Below are positions 18,220 through 28,043 of a DNA stretch of 64,000 nucleotides, piece by piece. A program made the translations under genes and the position numbers. The stretch comes from a virus. The DNA lies in IMG/VR virus record IMGVR_UViG_3300046804_005146, positions 17,509 through 81,508 of that record; one strand, 5' to 3'. Position 1 is the stretch's first letter; every line of letters begins with the position of its first letter. A model generated the notes under the pieces. It did not search any database, was not told the DNA's origin, and saw nothing but the letters and a program-made list of their open reading frames with translations.

Positions 18220-18373
18220 GCATTCTACCTTCAGTACCATACGGTGGGTTCAAATAGGTATCCTTATTAAGAGGATTGGTATTGTTGTCTAAATTTTTAT
18301 TACCAGTACTACCTAACGTCTGTTTTTTATTTTTACGTTTGCGTAATTTAAAGTATTTACTGAACGATTGCAT
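18194..18373 (-). CDS. 59-aa hypothetical protein
   Basis: Read manually: MQSFSKYFKLRKRKNKKQ...PGSPNL; fills the gap downstream of 18357..19331. Confidence 0.4.
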   Translation of the reverse strand: MQSFSKYFKLRKRKNKKQTLGSTGNKNLDNNTNPLNKDTYLNPPYGTEGRMLTPGSPNL

Positions 18374-19331
18374 CGACGTTATTTAATGTAACCTTTGGGT
18401 ACAAATCGTTAAATTTAAATTCACCGATGTTTAAAACGTTAATATCTATTAAACCATTATCTTTAAGTACATCGTATCTTTCTGCAAACATATATTCATT
18501 GTTATCATTAATGAATAGTATATGAGCAATATTTTTTGATAAAATTTTACCGTAAATGTAAATTTTAGCTATTTTATTTTTTAATTGATTAGATATAATG
18601 TCTTCTTCTTGTAAGAACAGCTTTGATATCTTGTTACCTCTTCCATAGATATCATCCAATGTATCACAAACAGTTAAATAATATTCAAATTTATTGTAAT
18701 GGGATTCATAACCATTTTTTAAATGAATACAAACATTTTTTAAATCACCGTATTGTCTTTCATATGTTTCAATGCTGTTGACATCAAATAATTTATGTAT
18801 GAATTCAGATATCGACATTTGATTACTTTTAGACGGTCTATCTCCAAAGCGTGCATGTCTACATTTTACCTCTATGTTAACATCGTTAAATAGCAAATCA
18901 CTATCAGTGTCGCTATTCTTGAGATCACTAAAAAATAAACTGAATAAAATTTCACCTGGACCTATAGCATTGCCTTTTTGGTCTATGGCAGTTGTGTTCA
19001 GTAATTTAGTTGCAAATGCTTCACTCAAACCATTTTCAACACATTTTTGTATGATATTACCGCGTCTGTTATCATACAACATAACTTCTTTATTTTCTAT
19101 AAAATTTACAAAATTTGATAAGTGTTGAGGGTCTAATGACAAAAACATGTTTACTAACATGTCATATCCGTTATGCTTAAATGTTAATGGAGTATAATTT
19201 TTACTATTTAAAAAGTTGCGTATCTTTTCTTCGTAAACAAAGTTAAAGGCATACTTTTTTAATTTTTCAAACTGCAAACCACTTAACTCTAATAATTCGG
19301 TATTTGTTTCACCAACAAACTGAATCTGCAT
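18357..19331 (-). CDS. Putative PD-(D/E)xK nuclease-fold protein
   Basis: IGPGEIL...SDLLFNDVNIEVK; TATAAATA 6 nt upstream. Confidence 0.5.
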   Translation of the reverse strand: MQIQFVGETNTELLELSGLQFEKLKKYAFNFVYEEKIRNFLNSKNYTPLTFKHNGYDMLVNMFLSLDPQHLSNFVNFIENKEVMLYDNRRGNIIQKCVENGLSEAFATKLLNTTAIDQKGNAIGPGEILFSLFFSDLKNSDTDSDLLFNDVNIEVKCRHARFGDRPSKSNQMSISEFIHKLFDVNSIETYERQYGDLKNVCIHLKNGYESHYNKFEYYLTVCDTLDDIYGRGNKISKLFLQEEDIISNQLKNKIAKIYIYGKILSKNIAHILFINDNNEYMFAERYDVLKDNGLIDINVLNIGEFKFNDLYPKVTLNNVDAIVQ

Positions 19332-19347
19332 TTTACATATTTATACT

Positions 19348-19683
19348 TCACGTCTCAATATCTATGTCTGCAGAATAATTTTTCATTATGGTTATCAATC
19401 TATCTAAAATTTCACTAGCATTGTTTTCATTTACATCACCCATGCCTTTAATTTCACTAATGTCTTCTGGATCAATATCCATTACAAGAGCTTTAATTAA
19501 AAGTCTGACTAAAAGTACATTACTTTCTGGTAATGGTTCTTCAGCTCCTGCTTGCTCAGTGTCAGCTGGCATTTGAGCTGGTTCAGTAGGGTTTTGACCC
19601 GGTCCAGGTGCCGGTGGTTGTATGGCATCATCCTGCTCAAACAGAATCTGATTATAGTAATTAATTTTTTCTGTAAATTTCAT
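19348..19683 (-). CDS. Hypothetical acidic late protein
   Basis: ILFEQ site, P/A-rich linker. Confidence 0.55.
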   Translation of the reverse strand: MKFTEKINYYNQILFEQDDAIQPPAPGPGQNPTEPAQMPADTEQAGAEEPLPESNVLLVRLLIKALVMDIDPEDISEIKGMGDVNENNASEILDRLITIMKNYSADIDIET

Positions 19684-19994
19684 TTAATGTTGGCTAGTTT
19701 GCTTAATGCTGCAGTAGCATTTTGACCTAATTTAGCTGCTAACATATTGATTTTCTTTTTAGCATCTTGCTCTTCTCTGGTAGGAGCATTTTCTGCGTCT
19801 CTTGCTAATCTTTGAGCTATTTTAGCATTTTTGATGTTAGATTCATCTTGATCAGTTAAAGCGCCTTTTTTATCTAAAGGTGATGCTATAGTTTCAGCAT
19901 CTTCTTCTGAAGCTTTACCTCTAGCTGTGTATACTAATGATTTTTCGTCAATGAGTCTTAGGAATTCATTAGTCTTCTCAGTAAATTTGTCCAT
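19680..19994 (-). CDS. Hypothetical late protein
   Basis: 104-aa ORF; TAAATA 5 nt upstream. Confidence 0.55.
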   Translation of the reverse strand: MDKFTEKTNEFLRLIDEKSLVYTARGKASEEDAETIASPLDKKGALTDQDESNIKNAKIAQRLARDAENAPTREEQDAKKKINMLAAKLGQNATAALSKLANIK

Positions 19995-20002
19995 AATATT
20001 AT

Positions 20003-20563
20003 TTATTTAATGAGAATCTGTTTAGTCTTTATTCTATTAAAATAATCTATATTGAGAAACGTTAATTCGTACTTCTTAGTTAATCTCTTTATTTTCTCAA
20101 AACTATAGTCATTAACGTTAAATGTGTTACTCTTTTCTATTAATTTTGTTAGCAAAGTTAATGCTCTACCATCGTTTTTCTCTTTTAAATGCACTACAGT
20201 CTGAACGTTCAATTTAGTTTTAAAAATTTTGATAGGTAAATTGCGTTCTATCTTTTGAATAACATGTGATAGAAATTCTAATAGCTTATCTTCTTTGTAA
20301 TACTCTTTAATAACGCAGTCATCTAACTGAGTGTAGTTAAAAAGAATTATAGGCTTACCACTTGATGACTTTAACAAATCTTCGCATATAACATGTATAA
20401 TGTGATGGTAAAAAATCTTTTGAACGTCCTTATTATTTAAAGATTTGTCCAATAACTTATACTTGTACAAATCATCAAGGATATTAATCTGTATTTCTTT
20501 TATAAAAACTTTATTAAAGTCGATTAATGTTATATTGTATTCAGGTATTATGTAATCGACCAT
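20003..20563 (-). CDS. Hypothetical protein, possibly a degenerate RNase H/PIN-like fold
   Basis: N-terminal TLIDFN recalls the first strand of T4 RNase H; other acidic motifs not evident. Confidence 0.4.
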   Translation of the reverse strand: MVDYIIPEYNITLIDFNKVFIKEIQINILDDLYKYKLLDKSLNNKDVQKIFYHHIIHVICEDLLKSSSGKPIILFNYTQLDDCVIKEYYKEDKLLEFLSHVIQKIERNLPIKIFKTKLNVQTVVHLKEKNDGRALTLLTKLIEKSNTFNVNDYSFEKIKRLTKKYELTFLNIDYFNRIKTKQILIK

Positions 20564-20565
20564 AT

Positions 20566-20991
20566 CTAATGATATAGTTTTTCTAGTAATAATCTAGGAG
20601 CCCTACCTATTCTACAATTTATAATTCCATTATAAAATCCATCTTTTATTAATACATCATTATCGAATTGCATTTTAGCTTCAAAATACGCTAGTTCAAA
20701 TTTACTATCACATACTCTAACAATTTCGAAAGTAAAGTTATCTTTTCCAAGCTTTTGAATATCTTCATTTAATTCTGTGGACGAAGATGTGTATTCTTTC
20801 CAATCAGTTTCAATATCAAAATGTCTTTTATTTTTACGTCCCTTTAACGGCTTTAACTTTTTAACCGTTTTCATTTGTTTTTTACCGATATATTTTCTAC
20901 CGTTAGTTTTATTAGTTATAATGTATATAAAACCATACGGCAGATTTGTTTCATCAATCTGTAAAGTTGTTTGCCAGTGACCTAAATCCAT
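20566..20991 (-). CDS. GIY-YIG endonuclease
   Basis: GFIYIITNKTNGRKYIGKK, YTSSS, FYNGII; start 20991 or 21012. Confidence 0.85.
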   Translation of the reverse strand: MDLGHWQTTLQIDETNLPYGFIYIITNKTNGRKYIGKKQMKTVKKLKPLKGRKNKRHFDIETDWKEYTSSSTELNEDIQKLGKDNFTFEIVRVCDSKFELAYFEAKMQFDNDVLIKDGFYNGIINCRIGRAPRLLLEKLYH

Positions 20992-21386
20992 TGTAAATGG
21001 GTACAGTTGCAATTAATTATTTTATCCAAAGTATTTTTGTAAATTGAAGCAATTTTATATATTTTTTCTTCAGAAAAATCGTTTAACCAATTAATAAGAT
21101 ATTCACTACCAGGTGTAAATGCGGCTTTTAAACGTGTGACTCCCGCTCCAGGTACATCACTTATGTTACCGTTAATGAGCCTTTTTTGAACAATGCTAAG
21201 AGTTTTTTGCATATGGTTTACGATATATTCTTTTGACAATATATTAGTATCGCTATCTTCATACAATTTAATAATGTCTGCATCAACTTCTTCAGACTCT
21301 GGACATGTTTCATTGACAGGGGTTAAAAGAGTCGTGATATCAACAACTTTGCGTTTGTTTTCAACAAATACTTTAAAAGATTCCAT
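20982..21386 (-). CDS. Hypothetical protein
   Basis: MESFKVFVE N-terminus. Confidence 0.5.
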   Translation of the reverse strand: MESFKVFVENKRKVVDITTLLTPVNETCPESEEVDADIIKLYEDSDTNILSKEYIVNHMQKTLSIVQKRLINGNISDVPGAGVTRLKAAFTPGSEYLINWLNDFSEEKIYKIASIYKNTLDKIINCNCTHLQWI

Positions 21387-21625
21387 TATTTTTTCTTCTT
21401 ACGTGGTTTGTTGCGTCTTTGAACAGCACCTAACATTTTAGGTAGTCTATAGTCTCCAGTCGCGTAAGTATCTGTACCAGGTGTACCAGATGCTGAGCCT
21501 GGCTGATACATATTTGGTGCATTGCCTAATGCTCCACCAGCTCCTGCAGTATTAGGGTATGTTGGTACATATCCTGGTCCATTTTCACCTAAAACCTTTT
21601 TAAATCTTTGTTCGTAATTACGCAT
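21386..21625 (-). CDS. Hypothetical G/P-rich protein with basic tail
   Basis: YATGDYRLPKMLG..QRR motif. Confidence 0.55.
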   Translation of the reverse strand: MRNYEQRFKKVLGENGPGYVPTYPNTAGAGGALGNAPNMYQPGSASGTPGTDTYATGDYRLPKMLGAVQRRNKPRKKKK

Positions 21626-21658
21626 TGAAATGTATACTATAGTATTTATAATTAAATA

Positions 21659-22054
21659 ATGGATTTATTAGATAGATATATTAAAGAGATCGAAGAAGAC
21701 CTCAAAATAGATGAATTCAATATAAAAGAGGCTTCTTTAAAATCCCCTAGTAAAAAGCATTATTGGGTTGCTAAATTAATTCAGCATAAAAAGAATATAA
21801 GTAAACTAGAGTTTGAAAAAGAGCAATTACGTAAAAAACTCACTCAAGAAATTCAGTATCAATCCCCAGTTAAACTGTCTCCTATGACGTTAGAGAAGAC
21901 AGCAGAAGACGCTGACCTATTAAAAGAAATTACCCGTAAAATAGCTGATGAAAAATTGATAGTAGAGTTTTTAGAAAGAACTGAAAAAACATTCAGCTCA
22001 CTTACATACGATATTAAAAATATCGTTGAAATAATGAAATTAGAGCAAATGTAA
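21659..22054 (+). CDS. uvsY: Recombination mediator
   Basis: DLKIDE, KHYW, YDIKNIVEIMKLE; directly upstream of uvsW. Confidence 0.75.
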   Translation: MDLLDRYIKEIEEDLKIDEFNIKEASLKSPSKKHYWVAKLIQHKKNISKLEFEKEQLRKKLTQEIQYQSPVKLSPMTLEKTAEDADLLKEITRKIADEKLIVEFLERTEKTFSSLTYDIKNIVEIMKLEQM

Positions 22055-22055
22055 A

Positions 22056-23480
22056 ATGTTTAACATCGAATATTTACCTAACAGAAGAATGTGTAAACTC
22101 ACGGGTGATAAATTCGATGAGATTAGAGAACATTTTAGTGAGAAAATACAAGGAGCATTTTTTGCTAAAAAACGTAATCCGTGGTTAAGTGATAGATCTT
22201 ATGCTTTAACACCCACAGGCTTATTTGAACCTGGTATGTTTTATCCAATATTACGTTATATTAAACAAACATACCCTAATGAAAATATAACTTTATCATC
22301 AAATCTAACCGAAAATATTAAACCAACATATAACTCGTCTGTGTTTAATGATTTAAATCTTAAACTAAGAGATTATCAGATAGAGGCAGTAGAACATGCG
22401 TTAAAATTTGGTAAAGGTATTATTAAACTCGGTACCGGTGGAGGCAAAACTCTTACAATAGCTTCACTACTAACCTCTATATATCTATATAACAAAGATA
22501 ACTTCAAATGCTTATTGATTGTACCTGATTTAACATTGGTGAATCAAACATTTAATGATTTTGTTCAATATGGAGTTCCAATGAAAATGACAAGGTGGAC
22601 AGGGTCTATTGATCCAGACTTAACAAGCCAACTTGTTATAGCAAATACCAGTGTAATTCAAAGTAGAATTGAAGACAACGATTGGATATTCAATGTTAGT
22701 GTCGTTGTGGTGGATGAATGTCATAAATTAAGAAAGGGTAATAAAATTTGTAAAATTATAACAGGCATTAAAACTAACAACAAATATGGATTAACAGGTA
22801 CTTTACCTGATAATAAAACAGATGAATGGAATATTGTAGGTAAACTTGGTGATGTATTTTTTGAAAAAACTAGCCATGAATTAAAACTTGAAGAATATCT
22901 AACTAATGCTGAGATAAAAATATTAGAAATAAAATATAAACTGCCGTTACAATACCCTGCAAATACTAACAAATATAGGTATGAGTTAGACTTTATTTAC
23001 AGTAACGATTATAGGAATGGTATTATAGAAACAGTGTGTAAAAACGTAAAAAACAATACTCTTGTATTAGTTAATCATATTGCTCATGGTGAAGCTTTGT
23101 ACAATAAAATGAGTAAAAGTTTAACCAATAAAAAGGTTTACTTTATACGTGGTGAAGTAGATGTAGATGAAAGAAGCAGAGTAATTTCTGAAATGGAACA
23201 AAGAGACGATGTGGTATGTATTGCTATTAGCGCTATTTTTTCTACCGGTGTTAACATCAAAAATCTTCATATGATCATTTTTGCTTCCGGAGGTAAGAGT
23301 TTTATAAGAACTGTGCAGTCAATCGGTCGTGGATTACGTTTAAATCCAAACAAAAATAAATTATATATTATAGATTTAGTAGATGACTTGAAATACAGTA
23401 GAGAACATAGTGAAAAACGTAAGAGTATATATACATCCGAAAAGATACAATACAAGGTAGTTCCGATCATGGAACGATAA
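22056..23480 (+). CDS. uvsW: SF2 DNA helicase
   Basis: LRDYQ, TGGGKT, DECH, GLTGT, QSIGRGLR. Confidence 0.92.
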   Translation: MFNIEYLPNRRMCKLTGDKFDEIREHFSEKIQGAFFAKKRNPWLSDRSYALTPTGLFEPGMFYPILRYIKQTYPNENITLSSNLTENIKPTYNSSVFNDLNLKLRDYQIEAVEHALKFGKGIIKLGTGGGKTLTIASLLTSIYLYNKDNFKCLLIVPDLTLVNQTFNDFVQYGVPMKMTRWTGSIDPDLTSQLVIANTSVIQSRIEDNDWIFNVSVVVVDECHKLRKGNKICKIITGIKTNNKYGLTGTLPDNKTDEWNIVGKLGDVFFEKTSHELKLEEYLTNAEIKILEIKYKLPLQYPANTNKYRYELDFIYSNDYRNGIIETVCKNVKNNTLVLVNHIAHGEALYNKMSKSLTNKKVYFIRGEVDVDERSRVISEMEQRDDVVCIAISAIFSTGVNIKNLHMIIFASGGKSFIRTVQSIGRGLRLNPNKNKLYIIDLVDDLKYSREHSEKRKSIYTSEKIQYKVVPIMER

Positions 23481-23502
23481 GATTCTAATATATAATTGTA
23501 CT

Positions 23503-23949
23503 ATGGCAAAACGCGGACCTAAACCAAAGAAGACAGAATACTACGTAGACCCAGAAATATTTAAAGCTCAGCTTGTAACCTATTACACAAAAAACACAGG
23601 GTTAGATGATTTAGCAAATTCTATCAATAAGATAGCTCACGGGTTAAGTTATTCTTCCAATTTTATTAACTATACTTATCGAGATGAGATGGTAGGTGAC
23701 GCGTTAGTAAAAATGTTCACTGCTGTAAAAAATAAGAAATTTGACATCACATCAGAACATAGCCCTTTTTCATATTTTACTACCATAGCTTTCCATGCTT
23801 TTATTAATAGAATTAAAAAAGAAAAGAAACATAATGAAGCGGTAAATGAATTCAAGAGCAGATTTTACGAAGAAGAAATGAAAGATAGCTCAGACATAAA
23901 CATTTATGTAAAACCAGACGGCGATACTGACGATACTAACGATGAATAA
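23503..23949 (+). CDS. 55: Late transcription sigma factor gp55
   Basis: NFINYTYRDEMVGDA and PFSYFTTIAFHAFINRIKKEKK. Confidence 0.9.
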   Translation: MAKRGPKPKKTEYYVDPEIFKAQLVTYYTKNTGLDDLANSINKIAHGLSYSSNFINYTYRDEMVGDALVKMFTAVKNKKFDITSEHSPFSYFTTIAFHAFINRIKKEKKHNEAVNEFKSRFYEEEMKDSSDINIYVKPDGDTDDTNDE

Positions 23950-24972
23950 TAAAGTAGCAATATTTTCAGATTTACATTTAGGTGTACATCAAAATTCAAA
24001 TTATTGGATAGAAATTGCACTAAATGGTTTAAACAAGAACTAGATAGTCAAGGTATAAATGACGTAATTTTCTGTGGAGATTTTTTCCATTATAGAGATG
24101 AAATTAGTCTAATTTCATTAGATGCAGCAAATCAATTTCTAGATGAATTAAATGACAAACGCATTTATATGATAACAGGTAATCACGACTGTTATTATAA
24201 AGAAACATCGGAGGTAAATAGTTTATCTATTTTTAAAGGCAGATCTAATATCACCGTTTATGATGAACTAACTACTATCCACATTAACGGTAAATCGGTA
24301 ACTTTTTGCCCTTGGGGTACTCAAATTAAAGACATACCAAAAAGTGATTTATTATTCGGACATTTTGAATTGCAAAATTTCAAAATGAATGCATTTAAAG
24401 TTTGTGATACAGGTGATGACCCAGAAATATTATCAAATAAATCACCGTTAACTTTTTCAGGACATTTTCATTCTAGAGATGAAAAGACATTTGGTGATAA
24501 TAAAATTATTTACGTCGGTAACCCTTTTCAAATGGATTTTGCTGATGCAAATCAGTACAAAGGCTACTATACTCTCGAATTTGATACAGGCGAATATAAA
24601 TTCATACCTAACAAGAAAACACCAATCCATGTAAAAATTAATCTATCTAAATTAATTCAATTAAAAGATGCTGATAAAGAATTTAACGATTATTTACCAA
24701 ATAATATCGTAAAATTAGTTGTTGATAAAAACATTAGTACAGAACATTTAGATATATTGACAGCTAAATTCTTTTCATACAAACCAGATGATTTCAGTAT
24801 AGATTACGACGTCAATTATAATAAAATCAAAGTTGAACAAGATGTCGATCACCACCTATCAGGTGTTTCTATTGAAAATGCTATTGAAGAATTTGTTAAC
24901 ATGCTAGATATTAACAATAAAAAAGAAGTAATAGATTATACTATTAACTTGCTACAAAAAGCAAAACTATGA
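23942..24972 (+). CDS. 47: Recombination endonuclease gp47 (Mre11/SbcD-like), frameshifted near 24022-24024
   Basis: SDLHLG in the frame from ATG 23942; GDFFH, GNHD and GHFH in the 24004 frame. Confidence 0.85.
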
Positions 24973-26771
24973 AATTTGTAACGTTTAAACAGCTTAAAAT
25001 TAAAAATTTTCTGTCTATTGGTAACACTCCAGTAATAGTAGACTTCACTAAAGGCGTTCACATTATAACTGGCATCAATAGAGATAAAGAAGATAGAAGA
25101 AATGGAGTAGGTAAGTCGACAGTAGCTGATGCTCTATATTTTGCAATATTTGGTAGTACTATTAGAGACATTAAAAAAGACTTTGTTGTTAATAATATTA
25201 CTCAAGGTCAATGCGAGGTTCAGTTAGAATTTCATGTTAATTCGCCTAGAGGTAGCGATGATTTTCTAATTGTTCGAACACTTAACCCATCAAAATTGTA
25301 CGTCTACAAAAATGGTAAGGATAAGACTAGAGATAGTATAGCAAATACAACTGAATACATCGAAGCAGTTTTATCATCATCTTCTGAGATTTTTCAAAAC
25401 TGCGTTATTATGACACTTAATAATACCATACCTTTTATGGCTAAAGGTAAGGTAGAGAAACGTAAATTTATTGAGCAAATTTTTAATCTACAAATATTTT
25501 CACAAATGATGTCTATTCTTAGAGATGAACATAATGAAGTGAAAAAGACGTTTGATATTGAAGTAGCAAAACATGATGAAATCAAGAACTCCATTGAAAC
25601 ATACAAACAATCTAAAGAACAAAAGACAAAAGAAAAGAATTTAAAAATACAGAATATCAAACAAAAAATACAGCAAAATATCACTACAATTGAAAACTTA
25701 AAACTGCAGCATAACACAGAGTTGCTCATGGATTTTGAAGGTAAAAATAAAGATCTTACAAATCTAAATGAAGCTTATGATAGACTTGAAAGTAAAATAG
25801 AGCAACTAGTGATCGATATTACAGAAATTAATTCAAACGTTAAGAATAAGAGTAAGCTTTTGTCTGAAGTAGGTACAGATAATGATGTATGCCCTACATG
25901 TTTGAGACCGATAACAGATCATGATAAAACAGAATTAAATGAAAAGAAAAATAAGTTTGAGTGCGAAATTGTGAATTTAAATTCAGACTTAAACAGTAAG
26001 AAAAATATCTTAATTGAATATAAAGATAAACATACAAAAATTAAAAAACATATTGGTATCATTAACGATGAACTTAATAATTTTAAAATTGCTTTAAACA
26101 ATAAAAATGCTTTGCAAAGTCGTATTGAAGGGTTAATTGACATCAATAACCAGTTAAATGAAAGTATTAATAGTATTAGTGACAGTGATAATACCTTTGA
26201 TACATTAATACAAGAAACATCTACAAGACTAGAAAATGTTAAAACTGAAATTGATAATATTAAGAAGGTTATCAATTTACTCGATGTTGTTAAATTTGTA
26301 GTAAGTGAAGAAGGTGTAAAAAGCTACATAGTTAAAAAAATATTACAAAATTTTAACAGTAAATTAGCTTTTTATCTAAAGAGATTAGATAGCAATAGTA
26401 TATGTGTGTTCAATGAATATTTTGAAGAAGAGATATTAAATGAAAAAGGTAAATTATGCTCATACAACAATTTTTCCGGAGCTGAACGTAAAGCCATTGA
26501 TTTAGCATGTTTATTTTCATTTATGGATATGCGTAAGTCGCAAGGAGATGTTCATTACAACATTAGTTTGTATGATGAATTATTTGATAGTAGTTTAGAT
26601 GAAAAGGGTGTGGAACTTGTGTTAGATATCTTGAAAGAACGTTGCGAAAAACATAATGAAGCTATCTATATTATTAGTCATAGAAAAGAGAGCACTAAAT
26701 TTGCAACCGGAGACATCATATTCTTAGAAAAACATAACGGTATAACAAAAAGAGTTAATTTTGTTGACTAA
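24969..26771 (+). CDS. 46: Recombination ATPase gp46 (Rad50/SbcC-like)
   Basis: NGVGKS, CPTC zinc hook, FSGAE, YDELFDSSLD, ISH. Confidence 0.92.
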   Translation: MKFVTFKQLKIKNFLSIGNTPVIVDFTKGVHIITGINRDKEDRRNGVGKSTVADALYFAIFGSTIRDIKKDFVVNNITQGQCEVQLEFHVNSPRGSDDFLIVRTLNPSKLYVYKNGKDKTRDSIANTTEYIEAVLSSSSEIFQNCVIMTLNNTIPFMAKGKVEKRKFIEQIFNLQIFSQMMSILRDEHNEVKKTFDIEVAKHDEIKNSIETYKQSKEQKTKEKNLKIQNIKQKIQQNITTIENLKLQHNTELLMDFEGKNKDLTNLNEAYDRLESKIEQLVIDITEINSNVKNKSKLLSEVGTDNDVCPTCLRPITDHDKTELNEKKNKFECEIVNLNSDLNSKKNILIEYKDKHTKIKKHIGIINDELNNFKIALNNKNALQSRIEGLIDINNQLNESINSISDSDNTFDTLIQETSTRLENVKTEIDNIKKVINLLDVVKFVVSEEGVKSYIVKKILQNFNSKLAFYLKRLDSNSICVFNEYFEEEILNEKGKLCSYNNFSGAERKAIDLACLFSFMDMRKSQGDVHYNISLYDELFDSSLDEKGVELVLDILKERCEKHNEAIYIISHRKESTKFATGDIIFLEKHNGITKRVNFVD

Positions 26772-26796
26772 TTAACACTTACATATAAATTTTAAT

Positions 26797-28023
26797 ATGA
26801 TATTGCCACCTGGTAGAGTGCCTTTTGCTAATAATGTAGCTATTCCTTTTCAATCATCAAATCCTTTAAATGCATCTACAAATGCACCAAAAACATCTGA
26901 ACCTGAACAACCAAAAGAGCTTCAATTACCTAGATTTTTAAGTTACTATGCTGATTATAGTGGATGTGGTCATTGGAGACTGATTTGGCCAGAACAAGTT
27001 TTAAATGCACATCAAAAAGCAGTCTGTCAAGGTACAACAGTAATGAACCTTGATCCAAGATATTATATAATGGCTAAAGGTGTTAGAGTTCAAAGACAAG
27101 CAACTAAACAACAATTGGAATTTGTTAAATTACTGAAGGATATATCTAGACAGAATGGAATGAAAGTAATGTATGAAATTGACGATTTGTGCTTTAAAGA
27201 AGATATTCCAGACTATAACAAGTATAAACCAGCATTTGAAAATCCTGAAATAAGAGCATCTGCACAAGAAATAATGTCTTTATGTGATGAAATTACTGTT
27301 ACCTGTAAATTCATGAAAGATTATTACATGAATAAAACAGGTAATAAAAATGTCACTATTATTCCAAATTTTATGCCTAAGTTTTGGTTAGGTCATTATT
27401 ATGATTTAACTAAAAATATGAATAATCTTGATAGGTGTAAAAAGAAACCACGTATTTTATACGCCGGTTCCGGTGCACACTTTGATGTTGATAATAGAAC
27501 AGGTCAAAAAGACGATTTTTACCATGTTAATGAAGTTATTAGAAAAACAGTAGACAAATATCAGTGGGTGTTTTTAGGTGCATTTCCATTACCATTAATA
27601 GATTTAGTGAGAAACGGTAAAATTGAATTCCATCAATGGAAAAGAATATATGAATACGGTCAAGGTATTAGTGATTTGAATGTTAATATGATGGTAGCTC
27701 CTTTACAAAATAATAATTTTAATAAGTCTAAGAGTGACTTAAAGTATATTGAAGCATGTGCATTTGGATTACCCATTGCATGTCAAAATCTTTGTACATA
27801 CGAAAATGCACCTATTAAATTCGACACAGGTGCTGAAATGATTGATAGAATAGATGAAACAATAAAGGATGTAGACAAATATAGAGCTATGTGTAAGAAA
27901 GCAAGACAATACGCGGACACAAGATGGTTAGAAAACGACGACAATATTGATTGCTACATGGAATTGTATATGACTCCTTTCGGCTCTAAAGAAAGAAAAC
28001 ATATTAGTAGATTTAACACGTAG
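26797..28023 (+). CDS. GT-B (GT4-like) glycosyltransferase in the replication module
   Basis: SGCGHWR, YEIDDL, FNKSKSDLKYIEACAFGLP. Confidence 0.7.
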   Translation: MILPPGRVPFANNVAIPFQSSNPLNASTNAPKTSEPEQPKELQLPRFLSYYADYSGCGHWRLIWPEQVLNAHQKAVCQGTTVMNLDPRYYIMAKGVRVQRQATKQQLEFVKLLKDISRQNGMKVMYEIDDLCFKEDIPDYNKYKPAFENPEIRASAQEIMSLCDEITVTCKFMKDYYMNKTGNKNVTIIPNFMPKFWLGHYYDLTKNMNNLDRCKKKPRILYAGSGAHFDVDNRTGQKDDFYHVNEVIRKTVDKYQWVFLGAFPLPLIDLVRNGKIEFHQWKRIYEYGQGISDLNVNMMVAPLQNNNFNKSKSDLKYIEACAFGLPIACQNLCTYENAPIKFDTGAEMIDRIDETIKDVDKYRAMCKKARQYADTRWLENDDNIDCYMELYMTPFGSKERKHISRFNT

Positions 28024-28043
28024 ATGGTATATTATTAACGGTA

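Noticed and set aside
20566-20991. GIY-YIG gene as a mobile intron or homing element
   Set aside because: Free-standing, catalytic domain only, interrupts no gene and has no intron structure
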